Of a stretch of 64,000 nucleotides of DNA, positions 40,511 through 52,836 are shown piece by piece. The stretch's first letter is position 1. Each line of letters begins with the position of its first letter. Under the pieces are notes generated by a model, which saw only the letters and a program-made list of their open reading frames with translations, searched no databases and had not been told where the DNA came from. This stretch comes from an uncultured delta proteobacterium (GTDB taxonomy: Bacteria > Desulfobacterota > Desulfuromonadia > Geobacterales > DSM-12255). A program made the position numbers and the translations under genes. The stretch spans positions 64,264 to 128,263 of the forward strand of contig CAWBBV010000009.1 in assembly GCA_963787125.1 (NCBI GenBank). The letters run 5' to 3'.

Positions 40511-41611
40511 GTGAAACATCTACATTTACAAAAATGCCGCCAACAAAAAACTCTCGGAGAGATTAACGAGAAGTGCTTGTTCGATTATGATTTCGGGCAT
40601 TTTCACATTTTTAATGTCACAAGAGAGCGACAATCGAGCCAAAATCCAGACAAACCCCGGCAACATGTTTCATATTCAGTGTCAGGTTTTGAAGTGTATT
40701 CGGAAGAACGTCCTAACTACACTGATTTTAATGTATTTATTGGTGCAATCAAATTGTTTCAAAAATTCGCTAAAAAGACCTATTCAGCCGGAGTCCGAGA
40801 AATTGGCTCAACGTCCACAGGCAAAATAACTGTTCCCGTCACCGGCTTATCTCTGAGCAAAAATCAGTTTTGTGGTTTTTTCGGCAAAATACCAAGCGGA
40901 AAAAGCCATGCAGAAATTTACAAGTCACTGGACAGACTCCGGTCAACGACATTATATCAATACAAAAATAATGAGTTGGTTCGGACTTTTCGGCTAGTGA
41001 CTGATTTTAAATGGGAAGTGTCCACAAAAATGGGTGAGCATATTATGAACCCTGAGATATTTATGGACACGACATTCCTGAATGAATGCCTGAAAAGAGA
41101 ATTCTATGTCCGCTGGAAAGCAATCCAGGGTCTTAAATCGCAAGTAGCAAAGGCTGTACTTCTGTATGTCGATTGCAATAACCTGAGAAAACCCACGAAG
41201 GGTGAGTGGAACCCCTGGCAACCATATCCCGAACATAGACTTTTCAAGTTTATCTACAACATCTCAAAGCCGAAATTTATCAACTATTCACATAAGGCTC
41301 AAAGCACAGGCTCTGCTGAAAGCCAGCTTAATGACTTCTATGATTTTGACTTTGCTAGAAGAAAGCAATATGCAATAGAGATGAAAGCGTACAATGAAAC
41401 TTGTCGTGAGTATCGTCGCCAGGTGCATGATGCGTTTACCGTTCTCAAGGAACAAGGGTTAATAGATGCCTTCGCCCGAGTTAAAAAAAACAAGGCTGGT
41501 GTAACGACAGAACGAAAGTTGTGGCTAGTCAAAAAGAACAACCTTACTATTCGGAAGCAGGGTGACATCGATGATGTTGAAGAAGAGGATGATTTTGAAT
41601 ATCCATTCTGA
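40511..41611 (+). CDS. Putative plasmid-type replication initiator (TrfA/RepA-like winged helix)
   Basis: D.NVFIGAI...QFCGFFGK..SG..H..I..SLDRL..TT resembles TrfA/RepA-type initiators; family assignment by eye only. Confidence 0.45.
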   Translation: MKHLHLQKCRQQKTLGEINEKCLFDYDFGHFHIFNVTRERQSSQNPDKPRQHVSYSVSGFEVYSEERPNYTDFNVFIGAIKLFQKFAKKTYSAGVREIGSTSTGKITVPVTGLSLSKNQFCGFFGKIPSGKSHAEIYKSLDRLRSTTLYQYKNNELVRTFRLVTDFKWEVSTKMGEHIMNPEIFMDTTFLNECLKREFYVRWKAIQGLKSQVAKAVLLYVDCNNLRKPTKGEWNPWQPYPEHRLFKFIYNISKPKFINYSHKAQSTGSAESQLNDFYDFDFARRKQYAIEMKAYNETCREYRRQVHDAFTVLKEQGLIDAFARVKKNKAGVTTERKLWLVKKNNLTIRKQGDIDDVEEEDDFEYPF

Positions 41612-41970
41612 ACGTCACTGTGTGGATGTGCCCATGTGCAAAATAGGTGGTTAAGCCCACACATATAGCCTGTAGACCCTTAACTGATGCATGTTAACAG
41701 AGGGATATTATATATTTTACCTAAATCAAAATAAAAACCTGCGGGGACACCCCGCGCCCCGGACATTGAAAAAGAAGCTAGGGGTTTTTTCGCCATACAC
41801 CAATAGAATCGATTAGTTCAGCATTTCTATCCTTGAAATACAGACATCTACATATAAAAGAGATATCTTTCCATTAGCTAAATATTGCAACAATATTAAT
41901 ACTTATTATTGATTCTCCTTACGTTTATTTGTTATAACTACCCATCTGTCCGCAATGCCTTGGAGAATCG

Positions 41971-44900
41971 ATGGAATCCCACAATCCAATTCTGAACAAT
42001 CCCTATGAAGAGCCAAAAAAGCACTATGCAACTGACCCCGATGGAAATCTGAATTATGAAGATATCCGCAAAGGGAGAAGGATATTCACGCCGGATATCC
42101 AATCTCTTCCAGGGAAGCAAGGCCCGCAGAACTCCCTTTTTGAGATTAACGACCTTAAGGAGCAATTCGACGGTTTCTTGGTAAACCTTTTACGTGAGGA
42201 AGTCTCGAAGTGGCGTTCAGAACATTGGTCTCAGACCACACGGGTTACTAGAGAACTGCTTGATTATTGGTTCAACAATCCGGAGCGGCAGCACGACAAA
42301 CGATTGTTCTTTGCTCAACGCGAAGCCATTGAAACAGCAATCTGGATAAATGAAGTTGCTGCAAAATCCAATCATGGTAATTACATTCTGCAATTACTGA
42401 AAAATGCCAATGTGGTTACTGGTTCAGCACAGCTTCCCCGTATTGCCTTTAAAATGGCGACTGGTAGCGGCAAAACCGTTGTCATGGCGGCATTGATTCT
42501 TTACCATTATTTCAACCGGCAGGAATACCGGAACGATACCCGCTTTGCCGATTATTTCTTGATTGTTGCCCCAGGCATAACCATAAAAGACCGTCTCGGT
42601 GTTCTTTACGTGAATATCGGCAATCGCCATGATGCACTTCCTGATTATTATAAATTGCGCCGGTTGGTTCCCCCGAAACTCGAAACCGTTCTTGAAGGTC
42701 TGAACTCCCGCATCAAGATTACCAATTACCATTCCTTTGAACCACGGACATTGCAGGGGAACAAGAAATCCCCGCTTGATGGGAAATTGGATTCCACTGG
42801 CAAGAAGACCGAAGCCAAAGAAGATTACAACCAGGTTGTTCGTCGTGTTCTCGGTAAATTCAAAGCCGATACCCGGTTACTCATCCTGAACGATGAAGGG
42901 CATCATTGCTATTTGCCAAAAGAAAAAGGCAAGTCCACGGATGAAGATAATTCCAAAGAAGAAAATGCCCGTGCTGCTGTCTGGTATACCGGTCTCACCG
43001 AGATTGCCAAGAAATTCAAGGTTTCAGCAGTTTATGATTTATCGGCTACGCCGTATTATCTAAGCAATTCCGGTTATCAGGCATATTCACTGTTCCCGTG
43101 GGTGGTTTCCGACTTTGGTTTGATAGAAGCAATCGAATCTGGTCTTGTGAAGATTCCTTTTCTGCCGGAGTCTGATGATTCACAGGAACTGACCATGCCG
43201 GTTCTGCGAAACCTGTATGACCATGTAAAAAATGATTTACCGAAAAAAGGGGCTGAGAAAAAACGCAAGGAAGACCGCGCTGAAGGTAAGAACCCAGGCG
43301 AAGCACCACCCAACCTGCCACCCCTGGTAAGGTCGGCCCTGAACCAATTTTACGAGCATTACGAGAAGGAATTTAAACGTGTTGGTGGTCTCTTTGAGAA
43401 TCCCCCGGTTTTTATCGTTGTTTGCAATAATACTTCAGTCTCGAAGGAAGTTTACAAACATATTGCCGGTTTTGAAATAACCGATGGCGACGGAAACTAC
43501 TTAGACACCATCCCCGGAGTCTATGAGCAGTTTTCCAATTTTGACAACGTAACCAAAAAGCCTTTAAGGAAGCCGCCTACACTGCTTATAGATTCCGATG
43601 CACTGGAAAACAGCAACCAGGTTAACGATGATTTCAAAAAGATATTTGCCCCGGAGATAGAGCAGTTCAAACGGGAATACCGAACTACCCACCCGGAAAA
43701 ATCTGTTGAACAGATAAGCGACGGCGATATCCTGCGTGAAGTCGTGAACACGGTTGGTAAGAAAGGTTTTCTCGGTTGCCATGTTCGTTGTGTTGTATCT
43801 GTTTCCATGCTTACCGAGGGTTGGGATGCAAACACTGTGACCCATATCATGGGATTGCGTGCCTTTGGTTCACAGTTACTTTGTGAACAGGTTGCCGGTC
43901 GTGCTTTGCGTCGGCAGAATTATATTCTTGGCAAAGACGGCAAGTTCCCCCCGGAATATGCTCATATTATCGGCGTACCATTCAAAATTTTCAAAGGGGG
44001 GACAAGTGACCCACCGCCTCCGGTTGATTACACCAGCATCTTTGCTATTCCTGAGCGCGAGAAGAAACATGAAATAACTTTTCCGAATCTTGTCGGTTAT
44101 CGCGTCGAATCGATTGACGGCGACATAAAGGCGGATTTTTCAGCAGTGGAATCTTTCGAGTTTGACGGCTCGAAATTTCCGACAAAAACGATTCTCGCCA
44201 GTCCGTTCTCTTCAGAGGAAAAAGAATTAACCGTTGAATCAGTTAAAGAGAAACGCGACCAGGAAATTATCTACCTCATAACCAAAGAGCTATTACGGCG
44301 ACATTACGCAGATGAAGATAACAACCCGCAGTTTCAGAAATTCAATAAGCTCAAGCAGATTGTCGAGTTCTGGTACAGCGCCAAGGTTAAGCTTATTGCC
44401 ATTACTGATTCGGAATATAAGAAACTACTTTATTTTGAAGATGCAGGCAGAATTTGTGACCATATCATGAGGGGTATTCGTGCCGAGGGGAATAAAACCG
44501 ACCGAGTGTTACCAATCTTCAACCACTACAATAAATTCGGCAGCACGAAATATGTAAACGGCAATACTTCTAAAGCTGCTGATAAGCTGTTCGCAACCAA
44601 GAAAAGCCATGTGAATTATGTTGTTGGCGATACCGATAAATGGGAGCAGATAGCAGCTAAATCACTTGAAGAACTGAACCAAGTTGTCACTTATGTAAAG
44701 AATAGCTTTCTTGGGTTTGTTATCCCCTATGTTGCCGAGGGTAAGGATAAATCCTACGTCCCGGACTTTATCGCCGTATGCAAAGGTAAAAACAACAAAA
44801 CATTCAACCTGATTATCGAAATTACCGGTATGAACAAAGACAAGGCGATGAAAAAGGATTATGTGCAAACCCGTTGGCTTCCGGCTGTCAATGCTGTCCG

Positions 44901-45000
44901 GGAGCGGTACGGTTACAACGAATGGCGGTTCATTGAAATTGCCGGTGATATACGGGACATCAAGAATGAATTGATTGCGGCAATAGAGGGTTGCAATTAA
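41971..45000 (+). CDS. Type III-like restriction endonuclease/helicase Res subunit (BPTD_3080-like)
   Basis: [11 protein letters not shown]-terminus, [35 protein letters not shown]...E.TG. Confidence 0.88.
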   Translation: MESHNPILNNPYEEPKKHYATDPDGNLNYEDIRKGRRIFTPDIQSLPGKQGPQNSLFEINDLKEQFDGFLVNLLREEVSKWRSEHWSQTTRVTRELLDYWFNNPERQHDKRLFFAQREAIETAIWINEVAAKSNHGNYILQLLKNANVVTGSAQLPRIAFKMATGSGKTVVMAALILYHYFNRQEYRNDTRFADYFLIVAPGITIKDRLGVLYVNIGNRHDALPDYYKLRRLVPPKLETVLEGLNSRIKITNYHSFEPRTLQGNKKSPLDGKLDSTGKKTEAKEDYNQVVRRVLGKFKADTRLLILNDEGHHCYLPKEKGKSTDEDNSKEENARAAVWYTGLTEIAKKFKVSAVYDLSATPYYLSNSGYQAYSLFPWVVSDFGLIEAIESGLVKIPFLPESDDSQELTMPVLRNLYDHVKNDLPKKGAEKKRKEDRAEGKNPGEAPPNLPPLVRSALNQFYEHYEKEFKRVGGLFENPPVFIVVCNNTSVSKEVYKHIAGFEITDGDGNYLDTIPGVYEQFSNFDNVTKKPLRKPPTLLIDSDALENSNQVNDDFKKIFAPEIEQFKREYRTTHPEKSVEQISDGDILREVVNTVGKKGFLGCHVRCVVSVSMLTEGWDANTVTHIMGLRAFGSQLLCEQVAGRALRRQNYILGKDGKFPPEYAHIIGVPFKIFKGGTSDPPPPVDYTSIFAIPEREKKHEITFPNLVGYRVESIDGDIKADFSAVESFEFDGSKFPTKTILASPFSSEEKELTVESVKEKRDQEIIYLITKELLRRHYADEDNNPQFQKFNKLKQIVEFWYSAKVKLIAITDSEYKKLLYFEDAGRICDHIMRGIRAEGNKTDRVLPIFNHYNKFGSTKYVNGNTSKAADKLFATKKSHVNYVVGDTDKWEQIAAKSLEELNQVVTYVKNSFLGFVIPYVAEGKDKSYVPDFIAVCKGKNNKTFNLIIEITGMNKDKAMKKDYVQTRWLPAVNAVRERYGYNEWRFIEIAGDIRDIKNELIAAIEGCN

Positions 45001-45029
45001 ATACAACTACCAGTGGATTAAGGGGAACC

Positions 45030-46139
45030 ATGAAAAAATTTATGTTGTTGATACTCTTGCTCGTTACGTTTAGTGGAAATGCCTTTGCTATAGAAGTCGG
45101 ATTCAAAAAATACAAAGAGTTACCTACCGGTTATTTTTGCACAGTCCTAAAAGACAATACAAAAGACATGAAGATGAGTGTGCATAAATGTTCTTCAAGA
45201 CCTGACGACATAATATTGATAAACGTTCCGAGAGAGATAATATTTATAAGTGAAAATATGGCCTACGCACAGCCCGTTTATCTTGATGATTTCGGAATGA
45301 ATAATGACGAATTTACATGCGCAGATGACAGTTTGTCTGCATGTAGAAGCATATACAGAAAAAAATCTAATAGTGCCCTTAGTATTGGTAAGTCTATATT
45401 AAGTATATTAGTTCAAAATACAGGAGTAAATGACAAGAATTATCAAATAGACCTAGAATTATTCAAGACGAGTCTGTCTAAAAGTATGGATACCTATTCT
45501 GACTATATCGATATATATAAATACCTTAAAGATAAATTATATAGTCTCGACGATATAACAATATATAACGCAATCAAAAAGGCGGTTGTTATTGATGGCT
45601 ATAAAATAAATGACATTTCCAGAAGTGATAAGTGCAATTATATATTAGATACATCATCTGATGGTGATTATAATGGAGAATCTGATAAAATAATTAAGAA
45701 ATATAATATATCTTTTAATGATACAAGCGCATCTAAAATGCAATTATTGATTGATACTGTAAAAAGCTCAACATCAAATGATTCGTACGGCGAGTTAATA
45801 CTCAGTTTAGATAAAAACAAAAAACACATCGTTATTGACGAAACTCGGTTTCTGGCAAAAATGATGTCAGGTGGTTTTGATGTAAATAAAATGAGCTTAT
45901 TCACATGCTTGAAAGGTACAAATGAAGCATGGCAAGAGTTAAATAGTGTTGGCATGGGGAATAAAGGTAAATATGATGAAAGTATCAAAAACTGCTACGC
46001 AAAATACGAAGAAAATGAAAATAATCCACGAACAGAAAAATCTAGCTCCACTAGCAATAAACTTGCTTTGCAGTTTATAAAGCAGAACGAGATGAATGTT
46101 TATGAATCGTTTAAGTTGTTAGCCTCAAAGTGTAAATAG
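45030..46139 (+). CDS. AT-rich exported hypothetical protein between res and mod
   Basis: Signal peptide [20 protein letters not shown]; several Cys; visibly low GC. Confidence 0.75.
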   Translation: MKKFMLLILLLVTFSGNAFAIEVGFKKYKELPTGYFCTVLKDNTKDMKMSVHKCSSRPDDIILINVPREIIFISENMAYAQPVYLDDFGMNNDEFTCADDSLSACRSIYRKKSNSALSIGKSILSILVQNTGVNDKNYQIDLELFKTSLSKSMDTYSDYIDIYKYLKDKLYSLDDITIYNAIKKAVVIDGYKINDISRSDKCNYILDTSSDGDYNGESDKIIKKYNISFNDTSASKMQLLIDTVKSSTSNDSYGELILSLDKNKKHIVIDETRFLAKMMSGGFDVNKMSLFTCLKGTNEAWQELNSVGMGNKGKYDESIKNCYAKYEENENNPRTEKSSSTSNKLALQFIKQNEMNVYESFKLLASKCK

Positions 46140-46734
46140 CCAGTCAATCTTGTAAAAATGAGGCATTCATGTCTGAAATTGATTCCATTAAGCATAAAGA
46201 GGCTAAACGCGCCCATATCCCCAGCCGCGAAGAAGCAGGGTTCGAGGATGCCAGCCCTGCCGTTCAGGGGAAGAAAACCAATGAATACCCCTTGAATCCG
46301 GTTGTCCACCGAGGGCAAGACCCGGAGCTTTTCTGGCTGAACAAGTACGGCAATGACGACCGGGAAGAACTGCTTAAAGTAGATATCCGTTCCCTCTATC
46401 GCCATGAGCACATTTCCCCGGAGATGCTGATTAACAGCCTCTACACAGCTAAGGAATCGGAGTCCGCCCAGCAGTCACTATTTGATATGAATAACCTTTT
46501 TGGCAATGCCCTTGAAGTTGATGAACTGGAAAAACCAGCCACCTACTATGACTGCATATTCCGGAGGAATCCGACCATGATTCCGGCGTGAAACCGACCG
46601 CTATTCCGATTTGAAACCGACCAACATTCCGCTGGCAATCCGACCAGCGTTCCGGAATGAATCCGACCAACAGTTTGTAGTCGCAAGGTAACTCAACAGC
46701 GTATTGTACCCCTCATTTATTTGAGGAGGTCACA

Positions 46735-48276
46735 ATGCCGCAGAATCGAGTTACTATGCGTAAAATCCGAGAGATACTCCGTCTTGCCTGGTCTTGCAAT
46801 CAGACCAGACAATCCATTTCCGACAGTTGCGGTATCGGCAAGACAACCGTCACCGATACTCTATACCGGGCTTCTGCTGCCGGTCTGTCCTATCCCTTGC
46901 CAGCCGACCTCGATGATGAACGGCTGGAACGCCTTCTCTATCCTCAACATCCTCGTGCCATAACCAGTAGGCGGACACCTCCCGACTGGGCATCCCTGCA
47001 TAACGAACTACTCTCCCACAAGAACCTGACGCTGATGCTTCTATGGCAAGAGTATAAGGAACGGGAGCCATCCGGTTACCAGTACAGTCAGTTCTGTGAC
47101 CTGTTCCGGTTCTGGCGTGGCAAACTCGACCTGTCCATGCGTCAGGAACATCGTGCCGGCGAGAAGATGTTCGTGGACTACTGTGGTCAGACTATTCCGA
47201 TTGTTGACTCGAGCACCGGAGAGATACGTGACGCTCAGGTGTTTGTTGCGGTCATGGGAGCCAGCAACTACACCTATGCCGAAACCACATGGAGCCAGTC
47301 CCTTGCTGATTGGACTGGTTCACATGTCAGAACATTCTCCTACTTCGGTGCCGTTCCTCATTGTCTCGTTCCAGATAATTTACTGTCTGGTGTCACCAAG
47401 ACCTGCCGATATGAACCTGGCATCAATGTCACCTATCAGGAAATGGCGACTCATTACGGCACCGCTGTTGTTCCCGCCCGTGTCCGCAAACCACGAGACA
47501 AGCCCAAGGTAGAAGCCGGTGTCCAGTTCGTGCAGCGGTTCATCCTTGCCGGTTTACGACATCACACCTTCTTCAGTCTGGCAGAAGCGAATGCTGCCAT
47601 CAAAGAACGGCTGGAACTTCTGAACAACCGTCCCTTCAGGAAACTTCCCGGTACCCGCAAGAGTCGGTTCGAGGAACTTGACCGTCCGGCAATGCTGCCA
47701 CTGCCGGAACTCCCTTACCAGTATGCCCAATGGAAGATTGCCAGAGTGCACATTGATTACCATGTCGATGTGGAAGGGCATTTCTACAGTGTGCCGTACA
47801 GACTGGTACGGGAACAGGTCGATGTTCGCTACACGTCTGCTACTGTGGAGTGTTTCCATAAGGGAAATCGTATCGCCTCGCATCCTCGCTCGTTTGTAAA
47901 AGGGAAACACACCACTGACCCCGAGCATATGCCAACAGCCCACCGGGAGTATGCTGAGTGGACTCCGGAACGCCTCGTCACCTGGGCATCCCAGACCGGC
48001 AAGGCAACGGCGGCGGTTGTAGAATCCATTCTCTCCAGAAGAGCCTATGCGGAACATGGCTTTCGTTCCTGTATGGGAATCATCTCCCTTGGTAAAAAGT
48101 TCGGCAAGGAACGACTGGAAGCAGCCTGTGAACGTGCCCTGTTCATAAAAGGGATTAGTTACGCCAGCATCAAGTCGATTCTGAATAATAACCTTGACCA
48201 GAAACCTCTCCCCAAACAACAGGAACTGCTGACCGTTACCCACGATAACATTCGTGGTACGGATTATTACGGATGA
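46735..48276 (+). CDS. istA: IS21 transposase (IS408-like)
   Basis: MRKIREILRL, YSQFC, FVDYCG, PDNL, KPKVE, YSVP. Confidence 0.96.
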   Translation: MPQNRVTMRKIREILRLAWSCNQTRQSISDSCGIGKTTVTDTLYRASAAGLSYPLPADLDDERLERLLYPQHPRAITSRRTPPDWASLHNELLSHKNLTLMLLWQEYKEREPSGYQYSQFCDLFRFWRGKLDLSMRQEHRAGEKMFVDYCGQTIPIVDSSTGEIRDAQVFVAVMGASNYTYAETTWSQSLADWTGSHVRTFSYFGAVPHCLVPDNLLSGVTKTCRYEPGINVTYQEMATHYGTAVVPARVRKPRDKPKVEAGVQFVQRFILAGLRHHTFFSLAEANAAIKERLELLNNRPFRKLPGTRKSRFEELDRPAMLPLPELPYQYAQWKIARVHIDYHVDVEGHFYSVPYRLVREQVDVRYTSATVECFHKGNRIASHPRSFVKGKHTTDPEHMPTAHREYAEWTPERLVTWASQTGKATAAVVESILSRRAYAEHGFRSCMGIISLGKKFGKERLEAACERALFIKGISYASIKSILNNNLDQKPLPKQQELLTVTHDNIRGTDYYG

Positions 48277-48289
48277 ACAAAGGAACCCC

Positions 48290-49024
48290 ATGCTGACACA
48301 ACCGACCATCGAGAAACTCAAAGTAATGAAGCTCACCGCTATGGCTCAGGCATTCACTGAGCAGATGCAACGTCCCGACATGGCGTCCCTCACCTTTGAG
48401 GAACGCTTTGGTCTGCTTGTAGACCACCAGATGACAGAACTGGAGAACCGTAGGATGCAGAATCGACTGAGAACTGCCAAGCTACGCCTGTCGGCATCAA
48501 TCGAAGACTTGGACTTCAGAGATGCACGAGGTATGAACCGGTCACAGGTAATGTCCCTTGCCCAGAATCAGTGGGTGCGAAGCCATCAGAATATCCTCAT
48601 CACCGGACCAACCGGAGCTGGCAAGAGTTATCTCGCCTGTGCACTGGCACAGAAGGCGTGCCGGGATGGACACACAACTCTCTACCAGAGACTGCCACGA
48701 TTGCTTCAGGACATCTCCATTGCCCGCCACGATGGTCGCTATCAGAAACTTATGGCTCAGGTGACCAAGTGCGAGGTGCTGGTGCTTGATGACCTGCTCA
48801 TTTCGCCGCTCTCGCAGGATGACCAGCGGGAACTGCTGGAAATCGTCGAGGAACGTTACGACCGGAAAGCGACTATTGTTACCAGTCAGTTACCCATTAA
48901 GGCTTGGCACGATGCCATGCAAGACCCAACGCTGGCTGACGCTATTCTGGATAGGCTGGTGCATAATGCCTACAAGGTCGAGCTGAAGGGTGAATCTATG
49001 CGGAAGCGACGGACAATTACTTGA
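48290..49024 (+). CDS. istB: IS21 helper ATPase
   Basis: GPTGAGKS, LDD, TSQLP, ADAILDRLVH, GESMR. Confidence 0.96.
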   Translation: MLTQPTIEKLKVMKLTAMAQAFTEQMQRPDMASLTFEERFGLLVDHQMTELENRRMQNRLRTAKLRLSASIEDLDFRDARGMNRSQVMSLAQNQWVRSHQNILITGPTGAGKSYLACALAQKACRDGHTTLYQRLPRLLQDISIARHDGRYQKLMAQVTKCEVLVLDDLLISPLSQDDQRELLEIVEERYDRKATIVTSQLPIKAWHDAMQDPTLADAILDRLVHNAYKVELKGESMRKRRTIT

Positions 49025-49107
49025 CCGAAACAGTAGATATGTGACAATTTAACATGAATGCTATAATTGCTATTACAAACCATAATAAACCTGACTAACG
49101 GAGCAAG

Positions 49108-49872
49108 ATGACTATGAATAAATTTTTTCTGGTTATTTTCACCATATTACTTACTTCCCCTTGTTATGCTTTTGCTGGGAATGAAAGGATTAATCGATTC
49201 GAAGTAGAAGCCGGTGTCCTTGGAACCAAAAACATGGAAATTCATGGATACAAGCAAGAAAATGCGACTTCGGACTGGGACGCAATTGAGCCAACCGCAC
49301 GTTTTGAATTCTGGTCGGTCAAAAAGGATGGGTGGAATTTTGGAGGCGTCTTACAACCTCTATATGCTCATTACTCTGATACGCTTACTAATGACCTCAA
49401 TTTTAAAGGCACAGTATATCATGCAGGACAGCATGGAACCCTTGACTATCAATTTCATTCAGCTCGGGCAACAGCAAACTATCCCGTGCTTTCATCAGAT
49501 ATTACCGGCAACTACCTTCGGCTTGGAGGGTCAGTCATCGCACGTTATGCTGATTTAAACTTTAAAACTACGTCGGATTCATTTCATGACACAAACTTTA
49601 TTGTATTCCCATTGTTCAATATTGAAGGGGAAGCTGCAATTACGTCAAATCATAGTTTCTTCACTCGGGCTGACTTTTTACCATCGCCTTCTGGCAATGT
49701 ATTTTTGGACGGTCTCTTTGATGTCTTTATTGGGGTAAAAACACATCTTAAGTCAGGTAACTCAGTAGATGCAGGCATTCGATTGTTTTTTGGCGGGTAT
49801 GACCCAAATAAAGCAGACGAATATGCAAATAAAATATTTTTCAACGCCGCAGTTATCAGATACTCATGGTGA
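49108..49872 (+). CDS. Putative outer-membrane beta-barrel protein (IS passenger)
   Basis: Signal peptide, alternating beta-strand pattern, C-terminal aromatic (IRYSW). Confidence 0.7.
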   Translation: MTMNKFFLVIFTILLTSPCYAFAGNERINRFEVEAGVLGTKNMEIHGYKQENATSDWDAIEPTARFEFWSVKKDGWNFGGVLQPLYAHYSDTLTNDLNFKGTVYHAGQHGTLDYQFHSARATANYPVLSSDITGNYLRLGGSVIARYADLNFKTTSDSFHDTNFIVFPLFNIEGEAAITSNHSFFTRADFLPSPSGNVFLDGLFDVFIGVKTHLKSGNSVDAGIRLFFGGYDPNKADEYANKIFFNAAVIRYSW

Positions 49873-52482
49873 CGATTCGGCATTAAGCTACAGACTGTGA
49901 CACCCCATACCTTGCGACTATAACTCCACTTGGTCGCTTTCGCCGGAACGCTGGTCGGATTCACAGCGGAACACCGGTCGCCATCACGTCAGTTTCCTTG
50001 GTCGGATTCACCGGAATACGCAATGACCACCAGGACGGCTGGAGTAATCGGCTTGTTCAGGGGGATAGCTTGCTTGTCATGGCATCACTGCTTGAACGCG
50101 AAGGGATGGCTGGCAAGGTGCAGTGTATCTACTTTGACCCACCGTATGGCATCAAGTACGGTAGCAATTGGCAGATGAAGTTAAACGACCGTGAAGTGAA
50201 GGACGGCAACGACGAGCACTTGACCGGAGAACCTGAACAGGTCAAGGCATTCCGTGATACATGGGAACTTGGAATCCATTCCTACCTGTCATATCTCCGC
50301 GACCGTCTTATGATAGCAAAGGAGCTACTAACTGAAAGCGGTTCTTGTTTTGTCCAGATATCAGACGAAAATGTGCATCTTGTTCGAAATGTCATGGATG
50401 AAGTTTTCGGGAGCGAAAATTTCGTCGTTTCGATTATTTTCAAGAAGAAAAGTACTACTGTAACAACAGAATCCGTAAACGATATTATCCTTTGGGCTGC
50501 AAAAGACAAAAGCCAGTTAAAGCTCAGGAAACTATTTCTGAAAAGAACCTCTCCTGAAGGTGATTCAAAATTTAATACTCTTATTAATGGCAAGATGGAA
50601 ATGAAAAGAGTTGTTGAGCTTGAGTCTGCGGAGATTCCATTATTAATTGCTGAGGGTTGGAGATGGGCACGGGTAAACTACCCACTTGTGAGTCAAGACA
50701 GAAACGACCGCAGTAAAGATTTTGTTTGGAACGGAAAAGCTTTTTCTTGCGGAGCAAACCGTCATTGGACATATGACCCAGATACCGCGATGCATCGTCT
50801 CGCCGGAAAAGGCCGCATTTTTGATGGAGGTGGTAAGTCTCTTGGCGGAGTTGTTTTCTGGGATGATTGGCCTTTTGTCTCAATATCTAATCTTTGGGAT
50901 GATATACATGGCGACCCAGACCCGCTCTACGTTGTTCAGACGTCCTATAAGGCCATTCAGCGTTGTCTTCTCATGACTACCGACCCAGGCGACCTTGTAC
51001 TAGACCCTACATGCGGCAGTGGCACCACTGCCTATGTTGCAGAACAGTGGGGCAGACGCTGGATGACTATCGACACATCCCGCATTGCCTTGAATATCGC
51101 CAAGACCCGACTCATGACAGCGACCTTTTCCTATTACAAGCTGTACGATGAAACAGGCAGCGACATAAGGCAAGGCTTCATCTACAAGACAGTTCCACGC
51201 ATCACCCTGAAATCTCTGGCAACCGACGAGCCAACCGATGATGAAACTCTGTACGACCAACCAATTGATGACAAGAAAAAACTTAGAGTAGCTGGCCCAT
51301 TTACGGTTGAGACACTGCAAACATTTGAACCGGTATCACCGGAGTCCCTTGAAGAATCCGACTCTGAAAGCATGGCGCAATTTGAAGTACGCATTTTTGA
51401 CCACCTGAAGTCAGCCGGGGTGAAAAATGGAATCCGCAATGAGCAAGCTGTTTTTGTTCGGGTTGAGAGACTGAGCAGCGGTTATCTTCATGCTGAAGGA
51501 TTCTACAACTCTGTCAGTGGCGAAAAGAAAGCTTACCTGCATATCGGTCCAAAATTCGGCACAGTAAGTAAGCAGGCTGTTAATGAAGCCGTCAAGGAGT
51601 GCCGCACCCGTGGGGATGCTGACTGGCTTATCATCTTAGGTTTCTCATTCGAGAGTAATATCACCAATGAAAACGTCACCACCAATCTAGGCAGCTTTGA
51701 AGTCACAAAAGTCAGGATGCATGATGATTTGATGCAGGACGGCTTGCTGAAGAAAGACAAGAAAGCCGCTTCATTCGTCACCATCGGTGAACCTGATATC
51801 AAGGTTCACCGCACCGGTACAACTGTTCAGCTGGAAATACAGGGACTCGACATATACGACCCAATCAAGGACGTGGTGAATCCCCGCAATATCCATGATA
51901 TTGCATACTGGATGGTTGATGATAATTACGATGGCAGTAATTTTATTGTAAAGCAGGTCTTTTTCTGCGGCGGCGACAAAGATGAATTCAAGAAGTGGCA
52001 GAAGGGGCTATCTGACATGGCGAAGCAGAGCACAAAAGCCAGGGCCGAGAAGACCCTTAAAATTGAAATCGATGATGAAGCCTTTGACCGGTTATACGGT
52101 CATATGTCCCACCCAATAGAAGTTGCCAAGAAAGGGCATAAAGTAGCCGTCCGGGTGATAAGCCAGTTTGGGGAAGAATCGACAAAGGTCTTAGAGCTGT
52201 AATTTAAATATTGCTAAAAATTACTTTTCAGCCTTTCTCGATGGATTGTTAAGTGATTTAAGCTAGTTATCGCTATACGCAGCTTTTCCATGGACAACAT
52301 AATTCTGAACCATGGTGACTCAATATTTTAAGTTTAAGTAAACAGGTAGTCTAGCTTTTTGTTTTTTGGCTGTTCATCTAAAAAACTGAATTGCCGAATA
52401 AATAAATCAAAATATACCAGAGGGTGGACATGGACGATAATTATGGTTTTTTAACACACTCGTCAAAAAAACTGATGCTGAA

Positions 52483-52797
52483 TTGTACCAAGACCAGATG
52501 GACGCAGCCAAGCGATTGTGGCGGATGGCAAACAGTGATACCGGGCAATGTGGAGTTGTAGCAAAGTTTTTGCTCGGTTTATTCAATGGATATCGATACC
52601 CGTTTGACCTTACCGAGTTCAGGAGACTGGATACAGCGGTTTATCAAGATTGCATGCTATTGTTGTTGCTGGATAAAAATCCTAGCCAAGAAATTCATCG
52701 ACATTTAGGCATCGAATCGGAAAAATTTAACTCACTTGCGTCAAGGTGGGGGATTAAACCTAACCCTCACTCTTTGCCAGGCATGACAGACGAATAA
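52483..52797 (+). CDS. Conserved mobile-element hypothetical protein (possible true start 52430 with a 1-nt indel)
   Basis: DTGQ..VVAKFLLGLFNG..YPFDLTEFRRLD motif typical of small plasmid/island proteins. Confidence 0.65.
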   Translation: MYQDQMDAAKRLWRMANSDTGQCGVVAKFLLGLFNGYRYPFDLTEFRRLDTAVYQDCMLLLLLDKNPSQEIHRHLGIESEKFNSLASRWGIKPNPHSLPGMTDE

Positions 52798-52836
52798 ACG
52801 GAGGTTAACTCAATGAAATTGGAGGGATTAATTAAT

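Larger units (their letters stand above)
46553..50022 (+). mobile_element. IS21-family element carrying a passenger gene (3470 bp)
   Basis: Ends TGCATATTCCGG / CCGGAATACGCA, five TTCCG..A(A/T)CCGACC sub-terminal repeats at the left end, 5-bp TSD ATGAC (46548-46552, 50023-50027). Confidence 0.95.
46169..52202 (+). pseudogene. DNA methyltransferase (Mod) of the second RM system, interrupted by IS21 (46169-46552 plus 50028-52202)
   Basis: Removing the IS and one TSD restores ...[13 protein letters not shown]... in frame; [16 protein letters not shown] motifs. Confidence 0.93.

Noticed and set aside
46553..46670. Five ~22-bp-period repeats as a mini-CRISPR or iterons
   Set aside because: They are IS21 sub-terminal transposase-binding repeats, mirrored at the right end (~49930-50022).
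47554..48336. 260-aa minus-strand ORF (likewise 38115-38861)
   Set aside because: Antisense shadows of transposase genes.
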